Of a stretch of 64,000 bases of DNA, positions 19,282 to 30,224 are shown in pieces. The stretch lies in contig JAUXSB010000014.1 of the NCBI GenBank assembly GCA_030681595.1, positions 23,942 through 87,941 on the forward strand. The letters run 5' to 3'. This DNA is from Candidatus Omnitrophota bacterium (GTDB lineage Bacteria; Omnitrophota; Gorgyraeia; Ghiorseimicrobiales; Ghiorseimicrobiaceae). A program made the translations under genes and the position numbers. The first letter of the stretch is position 1, and every line of letters starts with the position of its first letter. The notes below the pieces were generated by a model. That model was not told the DNA's origin and searched no databases. It worked only from the letters and a program-made list of their open reading frames with translations.

Positions 19282-20361
19282 TTAGCTTAATGCCAACACC
19301 TCTTGAACTATTTTTTCTCTCGAGTTAAGCTCGCTTTCCTTAAAAAACCGCTCCCTCATCATGCTTAATTTTTCAGGGTGCGCGATAAAATCCTCTATAT
19401 AGCCGGCTAATGTTTCAGCGTCCAGCTTATCATCTTCTATCATAACCGCTTTATTATTTTTAGTCAAAGCTTTTGCGTTTTCCTTCTGATGCGCGCCTGC
19501 ATAAGGGTAAGGGATTAAAACAGCCGGTACCTGAAAATAAGACAATTCGCTTATGGTAGAGCCGCCTGCGCGCGAAATAACTAAATCCGCGGCACTGAAA
19601 AAATAGGCGATTTCTTCGGAAAAACTGTATACCCGGCTTTTTAGATTGATCGTTTTGTAAAATTGATTAATAAATTCAAAATCGTTTTTACCCGTAAGAT
19701 GTATAACCTGGATCCCTTTATCTTTTATGTTTTTGCTCGTAAGTGCTTGAGCAAATTTTTCATTTATATTATGCGCGCCCGAACTGCCTCCCATAACCAA
19801 AATAGTAAATAAATTTTCCTCTAAACCAAGATACTTTATGGCCTGCCCTTTATCAATCTTTCTTAAGCCTTCCCTGATCGGGTTACCGGTTACCGTTATT
19901 TTACGGCTCTTTAATAATTCTTTTGTATCTTCAAAACTTACCAGAATTTTTTTTACCAAATATGACAAAACACGGTTTGCTTTTCCCATTACCACATTTT
20001 GCTCATGTATAGCCGCCGGGATTCCCAAAACACAGGCAGAAAAAACTAAAGGAAAGGCGGCATAACCGCCAAACCCCACCACAACCTGAGGCCTTATTTT
20101 CGCTAAATAATAAATAGAGGCAACCAGAGCAAAAAATAACATAAATAAACCGGAAATTAAAGAAAAAGGCGAATTTAATTTAATCCGGGGATTAGGGATA
20201 ATATACGCCTTAATGCCTTCTTTTGTAAGGATATTTTTTAGTTCTTTATTCGGGCTAACAAAAATAATTTCTACAGAAACTTTCTTTTTTAGCGCTGACG
20301 CCAAGCCTAACGCAGGATTAATATGCCCTTTTGTGCCTCCGGTAGCAATTATTATCTTCAC
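19282..20361 (-). CDS. murG: UDP-N-acetylglucosamine--N-acetylmuramyl-(pentapeptide) pyrophosphoryl-undecaprenol N-acetylglucosamine transferase
   Basis: GGTKGHINPAL N-terminal motif, GGS(G/S)G motif; dcw context. Confidence 0.9.
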   Translation of the reverse strand: MKIIIATGGTKGHINPALGLASALKKKVSVEIIFVSPNKELKNILTKEGIKAYIIPNPRIKLNSPFSLISGLFMLFFALVASIYYLAKIRPQVVVGFGGYAAFPLVFSACVLGIPAAIHEQNVVMGKANRVLSYLVKKILVSFEDTKELLKSRKITVTGNPIREGLRKIDKGQAIKYLGLEENLFTILVMGGSSGAHNINEKFAQALTSKNIKDKGIQVIHLTGKNDFEFINQFYKTINLKSRVYSFSEEIAYFFSAADLVISRAGGSTISELSYFQVPAVLIPYPYAGAHQKENAKALTKNNKAVMIEDDKLDAETLAGYIEDFIAHPEKLSMMRERFFKESELNSREKIVQEVLALS

Positions 20362-20410
20362 TACAGCCTTCCTTCTACAATTTCACTCTCTATGTTTAAG
20401 AAGGCCCGCT

Positions 20411-21571
20411 TCATGGATATTCTCCCGATCTTGAAATATTTAGCAATAAACCTACGCAGATCATATCAAAAATCAGGGACGTCCCACCATAACTGATAAA
20501 AGGAAGAGGCAAGCCCTTGGTAGGCAAAAAACCCAAGGAGGCGCCGATGTTTATGCAGACTTTAAGGCCTATCATGGAAAGAATACCCAGGCTTAACAAT
20601 TTCCCGAATGTATCAGGAGTATTACAGTAAATTAAAACCGCCTGCCAAATAAACATTATAAAAAGCGTAATTACCAAAAGCGCGCCAAGTAAGCCCAATT
20701 CTTCGACAATGATAGAAAATATGAAATCCGTATGCGCGGCAGGAAGATAAAATAGCTTTTGTTTACTTTGGCCGAGGCCGAGGCCAAAAACTCCTCCTGA
20801 AGCCAAAGCAATCTGAGACTGTATCAGCTGAAATCCGCTTCCTTTAGGATCGAGCCACGGATTTAAAAAGGCTAAAACCCTCGCCCTGCGGTAAGGAACC
20901 CTGAATATTAATAGATAAAGCGCGGGGATCGAAATAAAAGCACATAAGCCGATATAAGAAAGGCTTACACCGGAAACAAAAAGCATAATAAAGGCAATCA
21001 CAACCAATAAAAAAGCAGTCCCCAAATCAGGCTGTATCAATACTAACAGGCTTGCGCTTGCTAAAAGTAATAACGGCGGCACAAAACCCCGCCAGAAATC
21101 AAAAATTAAATTTTTCTTGCGGGAGATAAAATCTGCCAGATAGATAATCAGGCTTACCTGCATTAACTCAGACGGCTGGAAACTAAAACCAAAAGCCTTA
21201 AACCAGCGTTTTGCCCCTCCTGCCTCCCTGCCCAATATTAAAACCAACACCAGTAAAAACAAAGACACAACAAATAGCGGCTTGGCATATCTACGAAGCA
21301 GCTTATAATCAAAGCTCATCGCCAAAAGCATAAATAGGCACCCGATGCCTACATAGAGAAGCTGTCTTTTTAAATAATAGTTCGTATCTCCCAAAGTTTC
21401 CCATGCATAAATAGAGGACGCGCTGTAAATCATTACTATCCCGATACAAACAAGAAAAAACGTAATTAAAAATAATGAAATCCTTATGTTACGCATAGTT
21501 AAATAATAACGCTTCAAGCTGCAGGCTTCAGGCTCCAGGCTAAAACCTTTACAGCTTGGAGTTTGCAGCAT
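20411..21571 (-). CDS. ftsW: Lipid II flippase / SEDS protein FtsW (probable true start near 21496)
   Basis: 10-TM SEDS family sequence; the first 25 codons of the ORF are encoded by an intergenic hairpin, so MRNIRISLF is the likelier start. Confidence 0.85.
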   Translation of the reverse strand: MLQTPSCKGFSLEPEACSLKRYYLTMRNIRISLFLITFFLVCIGIVMIYSASSIYAWETLGDTNYYLKRQLLYVGIGCLFMLLAMSFDYKLLRRYAKPLFVVSLFLLVLVLILGREAGGAKRWFKAFGFSFQPSELMQVSLIIYLADFISRKKNLIFDFWRGFVPPLLLLASASLLVLIQPDLGTAFLLVVIAFIMLFVSGVSLSYIGLCAFISIPALYLLIFRVPYRRARVLAFLNPWLDPKGSGFQLIQSQIALASGGVFGLGLGQSKQKLFYLPAAHTDFIFSIIVEELGLLGALLVITLFIMFIWQAVLIYCNTPDTFGKLLSLGILSMIGLKVCINIGASLGFLPTKGLPLPFISYGGTSLIFDMICVGLLLNISRSGEYP

Positions 21572-21598
21572 GAAGCTTGTAGCCTGCGGCTAAATATT
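21511..21598. repeat. Imperfect long hairpin between murD and ftsW
   Basis: gcttcaagctgcaggcttcaggctccaggct ... agcttggagtttgcagcatgaagcttgtagcctgc are approximate reverse complements. Confidence 0.45.
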
Positions 21599-21602
21599 TT
21601 TT

Positions 21603-22874
21603 CTACTTCTTTAGCTCCCTGACTATTTCCTTGAAAACCCTTCCTCTTTCTTCGTAGTCGCGAAACATATCAAAACTTGCGCACATCGGGGAAAGCAAGA
21701 TACAGTCGCCTTCGCAACCCAAATCTTTAGCCGCATAAACAGCCGCCTTAAAATTGTCCAGCCCGATAACCGGTGTAACCCCTTTGTAGGCATCTTTAAT
21801 TTTATTTCCGGCTTCTCCGATAGCGATTAAAGTCTTTACTTTCCTACGTACCAAATCCCTTATGGACCTAAAATCAGCACCCTTATCCCTGCCTCCGGCA
21901 ATTAAAATTACGGGCTTATAGATATTTTTTAAAGCCCATGCGCAGGAATCTACCGTTGTAGCCTTTGAATCATTGATAAAATCTATTCCGGAAACCGTAT
22001 CCACAAATTCCATCCGGTGGGGAAGGCCTTTAAATCCGCGTATTACGCCAAGCGCATCTTTTTTCTCTATTTTGAATATCTCCCCCACTCTTAAGGCTGC
22101 CGCTTGATTCGCATTCAACTTAAACCCGCCGATATCCAACGATGACTCGAAGAACCTGACTTCTGCTTTAGTCTGGCAAGCCAAATTTTTTAATACCGCG
22201 TCATCCATGTTTAAAACCGTAAAATCATCCTTGTCCTGATTCATAAATATGCGCTTCTTCGCCATCAAATATTCATCCATATCTTTATGGCGGTCTAAAT
22301 GATTACGGTTAAAATTTAGTATCACGGAGACCTTAGGCTTAAAATCTACTATTGTTTCTAGTTGGAATGAACTCACCTCCAGTGAAACAATATCGTCTTT
22401 AGCAATTTTTACGGCTTCTTGGGAAAAAGCTTTACCGATATTGCCGCAAATATGCACTTTTCTTCCGCTAAGTTTTAAGATTTCACCGATTAGAGCAGTG
22501 GTAGTGGATTTTCCGTTAGTCCCGGTAACAGCAATAATCGGGGCAGGGCAAAAAGATGCGGCCAATTCAATTTCGCCGATTACGGGGATATTCTTTGCGC
22601 GCGCCCAGTTTAGGCATAAAGCGTCAAACCTTACGCCGGGGCTTACCACAACCAAATCCGCGCCGCAAAACAAGCCCGGAGAATGTTTCCCCAATTCCAC
22701 CTCTATTTGCTGCGCCTCTAATTCTTCCTTATTATTTCTGGTATCCACATCATCTTTTATATCACTGACAAATACCTTAGCGCCGGCACTTTTAAGCAAA
22801 ATTGCCGAAGCAACGCCGCTGCGGGCTAAGCCAACAACTACTACTTTTTTATTTTTTAGATCTATTTTATGCAT
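21603..22874 (-). CDS. murD: UDP-N-acetylmuramoylalanine--D-glutamate ligase
   Basis: VVVGLARSG N-terminal motif, GTNGKSTT P-loop. Confidence 0.9.
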   Translation of the reverse strand: MHKIDLKNKKVVVVGLARSGVASAILLKSAGAKVFVSDIKDDVDTRNNKEELEAQQIEVELGKHSPGLFCGADLVVVSPGVRFDALCLNWARAKNIPVIGEIELAASFCPAPIIAVTGTNGKSTTTALIGEILKLSGRKVHICGNIGKAFSQEAVKIAKDDIVSLEVSSFQLETIVDFKPKVSVILNFNRNHLDRHKDMDEYLMAKKRIFMNQDKDDFTVLNMDDAVLKNLACQTKAEVRFFESSLDIGGFKLNANQAAALRVGEIFKIEKKDALGVIRGFKGLPHRMEFVDTVSGIDFINDSKATTVDSCAWALKNIYKPVILIAGGRDKGADFRSIRDLVRRKVKTLIAIGEAGNKIKDAYKGVTPVIGLDNFKAAVYAAKDLGCEGDCILLSPMCASFDMFRDYEERGRVFKEIVRELKK

Positions 22875-22916
22875 TTTCGTTGTGCGCTATAGGTTATGCG
22901 CCATGCGCATAGCGCG

Positions 22917-24005
22917 TTATCTCAGCTTCAGTGTCATAAGCGTAAAAATAATAAAGATTATCCCGATAATCCAGAAACGGATGATTATTTTAGATTCATT
23001 CCATCCTTTCATCTGAAAATGATGATGTAAAGGCGACATCTTAAAAATCCGCTTTCCGGTCAATTTAAAGCTGGCCACTTGCAATATTACCGAAATTACC
23101 TCAATCACAAACACCCCGCCTACTAATCCCAGCAACAACTCTTTCTTAATCAATACGGCGATGGTACCGAGCATACCGCCCAATGCCAAAGAACCGGTAT
23201 CTCCCATGAAAACATTCGCCGGATAACAATTAAACCACAAAAAACCCAAAGATGCTCCGAATATTGCCGCGCAAAAAACCGTCAGCTCTGCGGCCTGTGG
23301 TATATACGGGATAAAAAGATAACTACTGAATACGGCATGCCCGGTCACATAGCTTAATATTGAAAAGGCTAAAGCCACCATCATCACCAGGCCAATAGCC
23401 AAGCCGTCTAAACCGTCGGTAATATTTACCGCATTAGATGAAGCGCAGATTACCAAGACAATAAAAAAAATATAGAATAAACCCAAATCCCAAACTACCC
23501 GTTTTAGGAAGGGAATATCAATAACCGTAGAGAATTCTCCGCTGAAAATAAGGACAACACCAATAACCAAACCCAATAATACCTGCCAAAATAGTTTTGC
23601 CTTTGCCGACAGGCCCTTGGATTTTTTTTTGACTAATTTCAGGTAATCGTCGCGGAATCCCACTAAACCCAGCCAAAATGAACTAACCATACAAAGTAGG
23701 ATATATTTATTACTTAGATCCGCCCACAAGAAAACAGAGATAAGTATAGAAGAAATGATAAGCAGGCCTCCCATGGTAGGCGTACCCTGTTTATGCGGCT
23801 GAAGGTTATAAAGAGTAAGGCATTCTTCCTTACGGATATTTTCTCCTATCTTCAAAAGAGCTAATTTCCTGACTACATAAGGCCCGAAAATAACACAGAG
23901 TAAAAAAGAAGTAACAATGGACATGCCGGCGCGGAAGGTAATATATTTAAATATATTAAAAGCGAAGAAAAAATCGCTTAGGGGATAAAGAAAATGATAA
24001 AACAT
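22917..24005 (-). CDS. mraY: Phospho-N-acetylmuramoyl-pentapeptide transferase
   Basis: 10-TM protein with NAVNITDGLDGLA and PANVFMGDTGSLALG motifs. Confidence 0.95.
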   Translation of the reverse strand: MFYHFLYPLSDFFFAFNIFKYITFRAGMSIVTSFLLCVIFGPYVVRKLALLKIGENIRKEECLTLYNLQPHKQGTPTMGGLLIISSILISVFLWADLSNKYILLCMVSSFWLGLVGFRDDYLKLVKKKSKGLSAKAKLFWQVLLGLVIGVVLIFSGEFSTVIDIPFLKRVVWDLGLFYIFFIVLVICASSNAVNITDGLDGLAIGLVMMVALAFSILSYVTGHAVFSSYLFIPYIPQAAELTVFCAAIFGASLGFLWFNCYPANVFMGDTGSLALGGMLGTIAVLIKKELLLGLVGGVFVIEVISVILQVASFKLTGKRIFKMSPLHHHFQMKGWNESKIIIRFWIIGIIFIIFTLMTLKLR

Positions 24006-24153
24006 ATTATTTTAAGTAATAACAAATGCCGAAATTAAAATGACAAAATAAATTCAAATGCCAAATAACAAATTTAAAGACATGGGGTTTTCACATTTGG
24101 AATTTGTGCTTTGATATTATTTTGAATTTTATGCTTTTGTATTTGTCCTTATT

Positions 24154-25566
24154 TTATAGACCCTGTATGGCCTTTTCCATCTGCATTGCCCGCGAGCCTT
24201 TTATTAAAACCAAGTCGTCAGCCTTAAGCAGGCTGCTTAATATTCCCCTGGCCTCAAGCGCGCACCCGCAAGAATAAACTTTTACTCCGGACGAGCTTTT
24301 CCTGACGAATTCCGCGGTTTCCGTAGAAAACCTTCCTACAGTGATTAGCGCGTCAATTCCCGAACTAAGTATTTTTTCGCCTGCCTTACGATGAAGAATA
24401 ATGCTTTTTTCTCCCAACTCCAGCATATCTCCCATAACCAACACTTTCCTGCCTTGGATGTCGAAATTTTTCAATACTTCTATCGCGCACTCCAATGATA
24501 ACGGATTTGAATTATAAGTGTCGTCAATTACCTGATAATCCCTAATCTTTTTTAAATTTATACGGGTAAAAGGCGGGGTAAAATTAGATAAGCGTTTTTT
24601 TAACTTCTCCGGGCTTAAGCCGAAAATTGTCCCGCAGGCAATTGCGGCAAGCGCATTATAAACATGATGTCTTCCTAAAATATCCATCCTAAAATTATGC
24701 CTTGCGCTTAAGCTAAATTCTACCCTGCTACTTCCAATTTTAATATCTGCGGCCTGAAAATCGCATTTATTCTTTATGCCGAAAGTAAAAATAGTTTTGC
24801 CTTTAGTTTTCCCTATCCTTTTCCTGAGCAGGGCATCGTCTCTGTTTAATATAGCTAAATATGGAAATTGCAAATTATCGATTAACTCAAATTTTTCTTT
24901 TAATACGGCGCCAAGCGAGCCGAAAAATTCCAGGTGTGCCGGCCCGATATTGGTGATTACGCCGGCATTGGGCCGGGCAATCTCAGCAAGCCTTTTAATC
25001 TCGCCTGCTTTGTTTGTGCCCATTTCCACTACTACAATTTCCGTATCTCGGTTTAGTTTTAAAAGTGTTTGCGGAAGGCCGATAAGGTTATTGAAGGTGC
25101 CTTCGTTCTTCAGCACGTTAAACCGCGCAGACAAAACTTCAGCAATCATATCTTTAGTGGTAGTCTTCCCGCATGAGCCGGTAACTGCAATCACAGGTAT
25201 TTTAAAACGCCTGCGGTGAAAAGAGGCGATATCTCCCAGGGCTTTTAATGTATCGCCGACCCTGACAAAAGCAATGCCTGCGTCAGCATTAAAAGATAAC
25301 TTTTTCTGGATGTTATCCAGCCTGAAATTGTTATCTACAATCAAAATCTGCGCGTTTTTCTTGACTGCTTCGGCAACAAAATTATGCCCGTCAAATTTTT
25401 CACCGCGTATGGCAATAAATAATTCGCCTGACTTAATAGTGCGTGAATCAGATGAAACGCCGGTTACAGAAACATTAAGATTTCCGTAAATAAACTTTCC
25501 TCCGGTCGCTTCCAATATTTCGTTAAGCGTAAACCCCGTTAGAGATGAATTCTGCATCTTATTCAT
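24154..25566 (-). CDS. murF: UDP-N-acetylmuramoyl-tripeptide--D-alanyl-D-alanine ligase
   Basis: Mur ligase P-loop GSCGKTTTK; position between murE and mraY. Confidence 0.9.
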   Translation of the reverse strand: MNKMQNSSLTGFTLNEILEATGGKFIYGNLNVSVTGVSSDSRTIKSGELFIAIRGEKFDGHNFVAEAVKKNAQILIVDNNFRLDNIQKKLSFNADAGIAFVRVGDTLKALGDIASFHRRRFKIPVIAVTGSCGKTTTKDMIAEVLSARFNVLKNEGTFNNLIGLPQTLLKLNRDTEIVVVEMGTNKAGEIKRLAEIARPNAGVITNIGPAHLEFFGSLGAVLKEKFELIDNLQFPYLAILNRDDALLRKRIGKTKGKTIFTFGIKNKCDFQAADIKIGSSRVEFSLSARHNFRMDILGRHHVYNALAAIACGTIFGLSPEKLKKRLSNFTPPFTRINLKKIRDYQVIDDTYNSNPLSLECAIEVLKNFDIQGRKVLVMGDMLELGEKSIILHRKAGEKILSSGIDALITVGRFSTETAEFVRKSSSGVKVYSCGCALEARGILSSLLKADDLVLIKGSRAMQMEKAIQGL

Positions 25567-25599
25567 AAAACAATGTTTATTAATTAAAGTGATAATTTT

Positions 25600-27129
25600 T
25601 TATTTATTTTCTCCCGGTATAGACGCTCCGCTAAAAGCGGAGCTATCTCTAACGGGGTAAACATTCTTATACCGTCTATCTAATATTTTTTTTACTGCTT
25701 GCCTATCATCAAAATGAACCATCTTGTCCTTAAATATCTGATATTGCTCATGGCCCTTTCCGGCAATAAGCACTATATCTTCTTCTTCGGCTGCTAACAA
25801 AGCCTTCTCTATTGCGATAAACCTGTCCTCTATAACTATAAAATTTTCTTTCGTAAATCCGGAGGCGATTTCTTCTATTATTTTTACGGGATTTTCATTC
25901 CTGGGGTTATCAGAAGTAATAACCGCTAAATCCGATAAAGAAGATGCCACGTAACCCATCTTGGGCCTTTTAGTGCGGTCTCTGTCCCCGCCGCAGCCGA
26001 ATACAAGAATAATCTTCCGGTGCTTGATTTTTGACAAAGAAGTTAAAACATTCTTTAAGGCATCCTCAGTGTGCGCGTAATCAACAAAGACACTAAAAGG
26101 GTATTCGCCCTTAATTCTTTCGAGGCGGCCTTCCACTTTCTCTAATTTATATATACCATCCTGTATATGCTCTTTCGCAATGCCTTCCGACAACGAAACA
26201 GCAATAGCAGACAATATATTATAAACATTGTGTTTGCCGATAAGCCTGGTTCTAACCTTAAATTCTTCTTTCTGCGCCACAACTCTAAATTCTGTGCCGT
26301 CTAAACTTAAGCTTAAATCTTTAGCGCGCACATCCGCCTTATTATCTATGCCATAAGTAACTATAGCGGTATCGGTACGCTCGACCAATTTCAGCCCACA
26401 TTCGTCATCGATGTTAATTATTGCGCAGGCCTGTTTATTAAGCATTTTAAAAAGTTTTGCCTTTGCCTCAAAATAATAAAGCCTGTTTTTATGATAATCA
26501 AGATGGTCGGAAGTTAAATTCGTAAATACCGCATACTTAAAATCAATACCCCTGACGCGTTCCTGTTCCAGGGAATGGCTTGAAACTTCCAAAGCGCAGT
26601 AATCAACCATAGAATCTCTCATTTCAGAAAGCAGCGATTGTAAGAATGCGGCATCGGGAGTAGTATTGGGCGCGGGGATTGCCTTATCGTTAAAATGATA
26701 ATTTATAGTGCCGATTACGCCGCAATTAAAACCCGCCTGCCTTAAGATACTCTCTAAAAGATAAGTAACGGTGGTTTTGCCGTTGGTGCCGGTTACACCG
26801 ACACATTTTACTTTTCGCGAAGGGTAATTATAAAATTTTCCGGCTAAATCCGCGAATGCCCTGCGCACATCTTCAACTTTTATGAAGGGCACATTTTTTA
26901 CCGGTGACCGGTGACCGGTGACCGATGACTGAATAACTATCGCCACTGCCCCTCTCTTTATCGCTTCATCAATAAAATTATTCCCATCCAGTTGCGCCCC
27001 CTTAACCGCCACAAATAAAAACCCTTCCCGCACATTACGGGAATCAGGTGTAACACCTTTTATCTCAATACCGGATAAACCATCCGCCTCTGCCACGCCT
27101 ATCTTATCTATCAACTCTTTTAATCGCAT
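25600..27129 (-). CDS. murE: UDP-N-acetylmuramoyl-L-alanyl-D-glutamate--2,6-diaminopimelate (or lysine) ligase
   Basis: GVTGTNGKTT P-loop and DNPR motif; contains an in-frame CCGGTGA heptamer array and a palindromic unit at its 3' end. Confidence 0.9.
   Translation of the reverse strand: MRLKELIDKIGVAEADGLSGIEIKGVTPDSRNVREGFLFVAVKGAQLDGNNFIDEAIKRGAVAIVIQSSVTGHRSPVKNVPFIKVEDVRRAFADLAGKFYNYPSRKVKCVGVTGTNGKTTVTYLLESILRQAGFNCGVIGTINYHFNDKAIPAPNTTPDAAFLQSLLSEMRDSMVDYCALEVSSHSLEQERVRGIDFKYAVFTNLTSDHLDYHKNRLYYFEAKAKLFKMLNKQACAIINIDDECGLKLVERTDTAIVTYGIDNKADVRAKDLSLSLDGTEFRVVAQKEEFKVRTRLIGKHNVYNILSAIAVSLSEGIAKEHIQDGIYKLEKVEGRLERIKGEYPFSVFVDYAHTEDALKNVLTSLSKIKHRKIILVFGCGGDRDRTKRPKMGYVASSLSDLAVITSDNPRNENPVKIIEEIASGFTKENFIVIEDRFIAIEKALLAAEEEDIVLIAGKGHEQYQIFKDKMVHFDDRQAVKKILDRRYKNVYPVRDSSAFSGASIPGENK
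26901..26928. repeat. Heptamer tandem array (CCGGTGA x3 plus variant) inside murE
   Basis: Direct reading; translated as SSVTGHRSPV within the N-terminal domain. Confidence 0.8.
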
Positions 27130-28820
27130 TAATTTCCCCTTGCTATCTCTAACGCTTTAGAAGCATCCAGATACTTTAAAACCTTATCGGCAACTTTTTT
27201 AAATACCGGGGCTGCCACCGTTCCGCCAAAATACGTCCCCTGCGGCTCATCTACCATTACCACCATAGCAAGGCGCGGGTTATCCGCAGGCACAAAACCG
27301 ATGAAAGTAGCGATAAATTTATCATGAGAATATGTGCCGCCATCTATCTTCTGGGCGGTTCCGGTCTTTCCGCCTACCTTAAAATTGGAAAGGCCGGCTA
27401 ATCTGCCTGTTCCTTCGCCAACTACATCGGTAAGAATATTCCTAAGCCTAAGGGCTGTCTCTCCTGAAATAACGCGGCGGATAACAACCGGGTTAAACTC
27501 TTTTATGGTTTCACCGCTTTTGTCTTTAATCGCTTTAAGCAGATAGGGCTTATACAGCAGCCCTCCGTTAGCAACACAAGATATCATATTTGCAAGCTGT
27601 AACACCGTAACACATACCTCCTGCCCTATAGGTATTGCCCCGATGGAAGTCTTTGACCACTGGCGGGGATTCTTAAGCACCCCCGATACTTCACCGGGAA
27701 GGTCTATCCCTGTCGATGAGCCGAACCCGAAAAGTTTGGCGTATTTATAAATAACTTCCGGGCCCAGGAGCTGTGCTACCTTAGTTGTACCAATATTGCT
27801 TGATTCAACTATTACTTCTCTAAAGGTAAGCCATCCGTTCGGGTGATGGTCATGCAACGTATGATTGCCCACACGGTAGGCGCCGTTCTCACAAAAAATT
27901 TTATCTTCCTCTTTAACCTTACCATCCTCTAAAGCGGCAGCGGCAGTCACGATTTTAAAGACTGAACCCGGCTCAAAGTAATCGCTGACCACCCTATTGC
28001 GCCTCGCCTCTTCTACCGCGGCTCCGGCATTAAGATCGAAACTTGGCCTGTTTGCCAAAGCAAGCACGGCACCCGTATTCGGGTCCATCACTAATATTGC
28101 AGCGCCCTTTGCGCCTGATTTATTATAAATTTCGTCTAATTCATACTCGGCAATAAACTGAATCACCTCATCAATAGTCAAGACTAAATCGTATCCGTCT
28201 TGCGCTGGAACAAATTTTTCTCCCATGGGGAGCGGCCGCTGCCTTGCATCCCTTATACTTGTAGACCAGCCAGATTCGCCACGCAGGTACTCATCATATA
28301 ATGCTTCCAGCCCCTCCAAGCCTTTATTATCTAAACCGGCAAACCCTATCGTATGGCTGGCAAACTGCTGGTTAGGATAACACCTTTTAGTTTCCCTTAT
28401 AAAACCCAATCCATCAATTTTCAGCTCCTTAATCCGCTCGGCATTCTCAGGAGAGATTTTTCTGGCCAACCAGATAAAAGATTTTTTACGGCTTAATCTT
28501 TCCAAAAAAAAGTTGGTATCTAAATTTAATATCGCCTTAAGCTGTAGCGCTGTACTACTTTTATTTTTTATCTGCTTCGGGACTGCATAAAGAGAATCAC
28601 AGGCTATATTAGTCGCCTGCGGCCTTAAATTCCTGTCGAATATCGTGCCCCTTACCGGCTCAAGCTCGGTAAAAAAGTTGTACTGCCTTTCGGCAAGATT
28701 AGTCAGATAGCGTGATCTGAAAAATTGGATAAAAAACAGACGGGCAGTTAAACAAAACAGGAAGAGAAAGAAAAAGGAAATTACCGCATAAAAGCGGAAG
28801 CGATGGTTTCGTATATGCAC
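27129..28820 (-). CDS. ftsI: Peptidoglycan D,D-transpeptidase FtsI (class B penicillin-binding protein)
   Basis: N-terminal TM anchor, SVFK (SxxK) active-site motif, SSN and KTGTA motifs. Confidence 0.85.
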   Translation of the reverse strand: MHIRNHRFRFYAVISFFFLFLFCLTARLFFIQFFRSRYLTNLAERQYNFFTELEPVRGTIFDRNLRPQATNIACDSLYAVPKQIKNKSSTALQLKAILNLDTNFFLERLSRKKSFIWLARKISPENAERIKELKIDGLGFIRETKRCYPNQQFASHTIGFAGLDNKGLEGLEALYDEYLRGESGWSTSIRDARQRPLPMGEKFVPAQDGYDLVLTIDEVIQFIAEYELDEIYNKSGAKGAAILVMDPNTGAVLALANRPSFDLNAGAAVEEARRNRVVSDYFEPGSVFKIVTAAAALEDGKVKEEDKIFCENGAYRVGNHTLHDHHPNGWLTFREVIVESSNIGTTKVAQLLGPEVIYKYAKLFGFGSSTGIDLPGEVSGVLKNPRQWSKTSIGAIPIGQEVCVTVLQLANMISCVANGGLLYKPYLLKAIKDKSGETIKEFNPVVIRRVISGETALRLRNILTDVVGEGTGRLAGLSNFKVGGKTGTAQKIDGGTYSHDKFIATFIGFVPADNPRLAMVVMVDEPQGTYFGGTVAAPVFKKVADKVLKYLDASKALEIARGN

Positions 28821-28908
28821 AATAGAATACGCTGCGCGGCATAGACCACCGCGCCAAAAAAAACGCGCCTGTCGCGTGAAAATATATCAACCCAAGTTTA
28901 TACGGCCA

Positions 28909-29313
28909 CTATTTTGTCTGGGCTTCTGCTTGGGATTTAGGACTAAATAAGCTTAATAAAATATTCTCTTTTATCTTTTCTTTATTAAGATTAAACCGTG
29001 TATCCTGCCGCCTGCCTGAAGCTAATTCTAAACTGCTTTTCTCCTGGCTGGTCCTTAAATCCACTATCTGCGTAAATGCCGGAATTTCATAATCAGCTTC
29101 AAATGCCTTTAAATTCTTGCTCAAATTACCCGATGATTCCAAGGTAATTAAATTATATCTTAAAAACATATTTCGGTCAAGCATCTGCTGGCAGAGTTTT
29201 ATTTTTTCCTGTCTTTCATAAGCAAACTCTACGATCTTTGCCTGTTGCCATACATAGACTAAAGACAAAGCGGTGATAAAAAGAGTAAGGAATATAATTT
29301 TAGATGTTTTCAT
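28909..29313 (-). CDS. ftsL: Cell division protein FtsL-like (single TM plus coiled coil)
   Basis: Small bitopic protein between rsmH and ftsI. Confidence 0.5.
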   Translation of the reverse strand: MKTSKIIFLTLFITALSLVYVWQQAKIVEFAYERQEKIKLCQQMLDRNMFLRYNLITLESSGNLSKNLKAFEADYEIPAFTQIVDLRTSQEKSSLELASGRRQDTRFNLNKEKIKENILLSLFSPKSQAEAQTK

Positions 29314-30197
29314 CTTATCTTTTCTATAACCCTTAATTTTGCCGAACGCGCGCGCGGATTTTCTCTGACCTCCTCAAAACTCGGAACCTGCGGTTTAGCA
29401 AAAATTAACCGTGCCCTGTCTTCATGATAAAACTTTTTAAATACATTTTTTACAATCCTGTCTTCCAGCGAATGAAAAGAAATAACGCTGATACGGCCTC
29501 CGGTATTTAAAAATTCTATTGTTTTATTCAAGGCTTCTTCTAATGATTCAAGCTCTCTATTTACGGCAATTCTAAACGCCTGAAAAGTCCTTGTCGCCGG
29601 GTGTATCCTCTGGTATCCCAAGCCGCGGGGCATTGCTCTTAGAACTATTGAACTTAACTGCCCCGTAGTCGCGATAGGGCGGCGCTCCCGTTCTCTTACC
29701 AAGAACCTGGCGATACGATTATGCCATCTTTCTTCGCCATAGCGCTTAAGAAGGCAGGATATTTCATTCTCGGTAAGATTATTCACTAAGTCATAAGCAG
29801 ATATATAGCTCGACCTGTCCATGCGCATATCCAAAGGAGCATCCACCTTTATGCCGAATCCCCTCTCTGGGCTGTCTAACTGCAACGAAGAAATCCCTAA
29901 GTCAAACAACATCGCGTCTACTTTATCTATTTTTAAATCTTTTATGATTTTATCCAGGTTCCTAAAATCATCCTGCACCAGAGTAACACTTGATATATAA
30001 TCATTCAAAGTTTTACGGGCACAATCCAAAGATTCGCTATCCCTGTCTATCCCGATGAGCCTGCCGCCGGGTAAAATTTTTCCCAGAATCAAAAGGCCAT
30101 GCCCGGCGCACCCTATCGTAGAGTCTAATACTGTGTTGCCGGGCTTTAGATTCAATGCCTCAACCGCTTCTTTTGCCATTACCGGCTTATGTTCCAT
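29310..30197 (-). CDS. rsmH: 16S rRNA (cytosine1402-N4)-methyltransferase
   Basis: HKPVM N-terminus, SAM-binding DSTIGCAGHG, FHSLEDRIVK motif. Confidence 0.9.
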   Translation of the reverse strand: MEHKPVMAKEAVEALNLKPGNTVLDSTIGCAGHGLLILGKILPGGRLIGIDRDSESLDCARKTLNDYISSVTLVQDDFRNLDKIIKDLKIDKVDAMLFDLGISSLQLDSPERGFGIKVDAPLDMRMDRSSYISAYDLVNNLTENEISCLLKRYGEERWHNRIARFLVRERERRPIATTGQLSSIVLRAMPRGLGYQRIHPATRTFQAFRIAVNRELESLEEALNKTIEFLNTGGRISVISFHSLEDRIVKNVFKKFYHEDRARLIFAKPQVPSFEEVRENPRARSAKLRVIEKIR

Positions 30198-30224
30198 TAC
30201 ATGCTTTCTATAAGTAAAACCCGC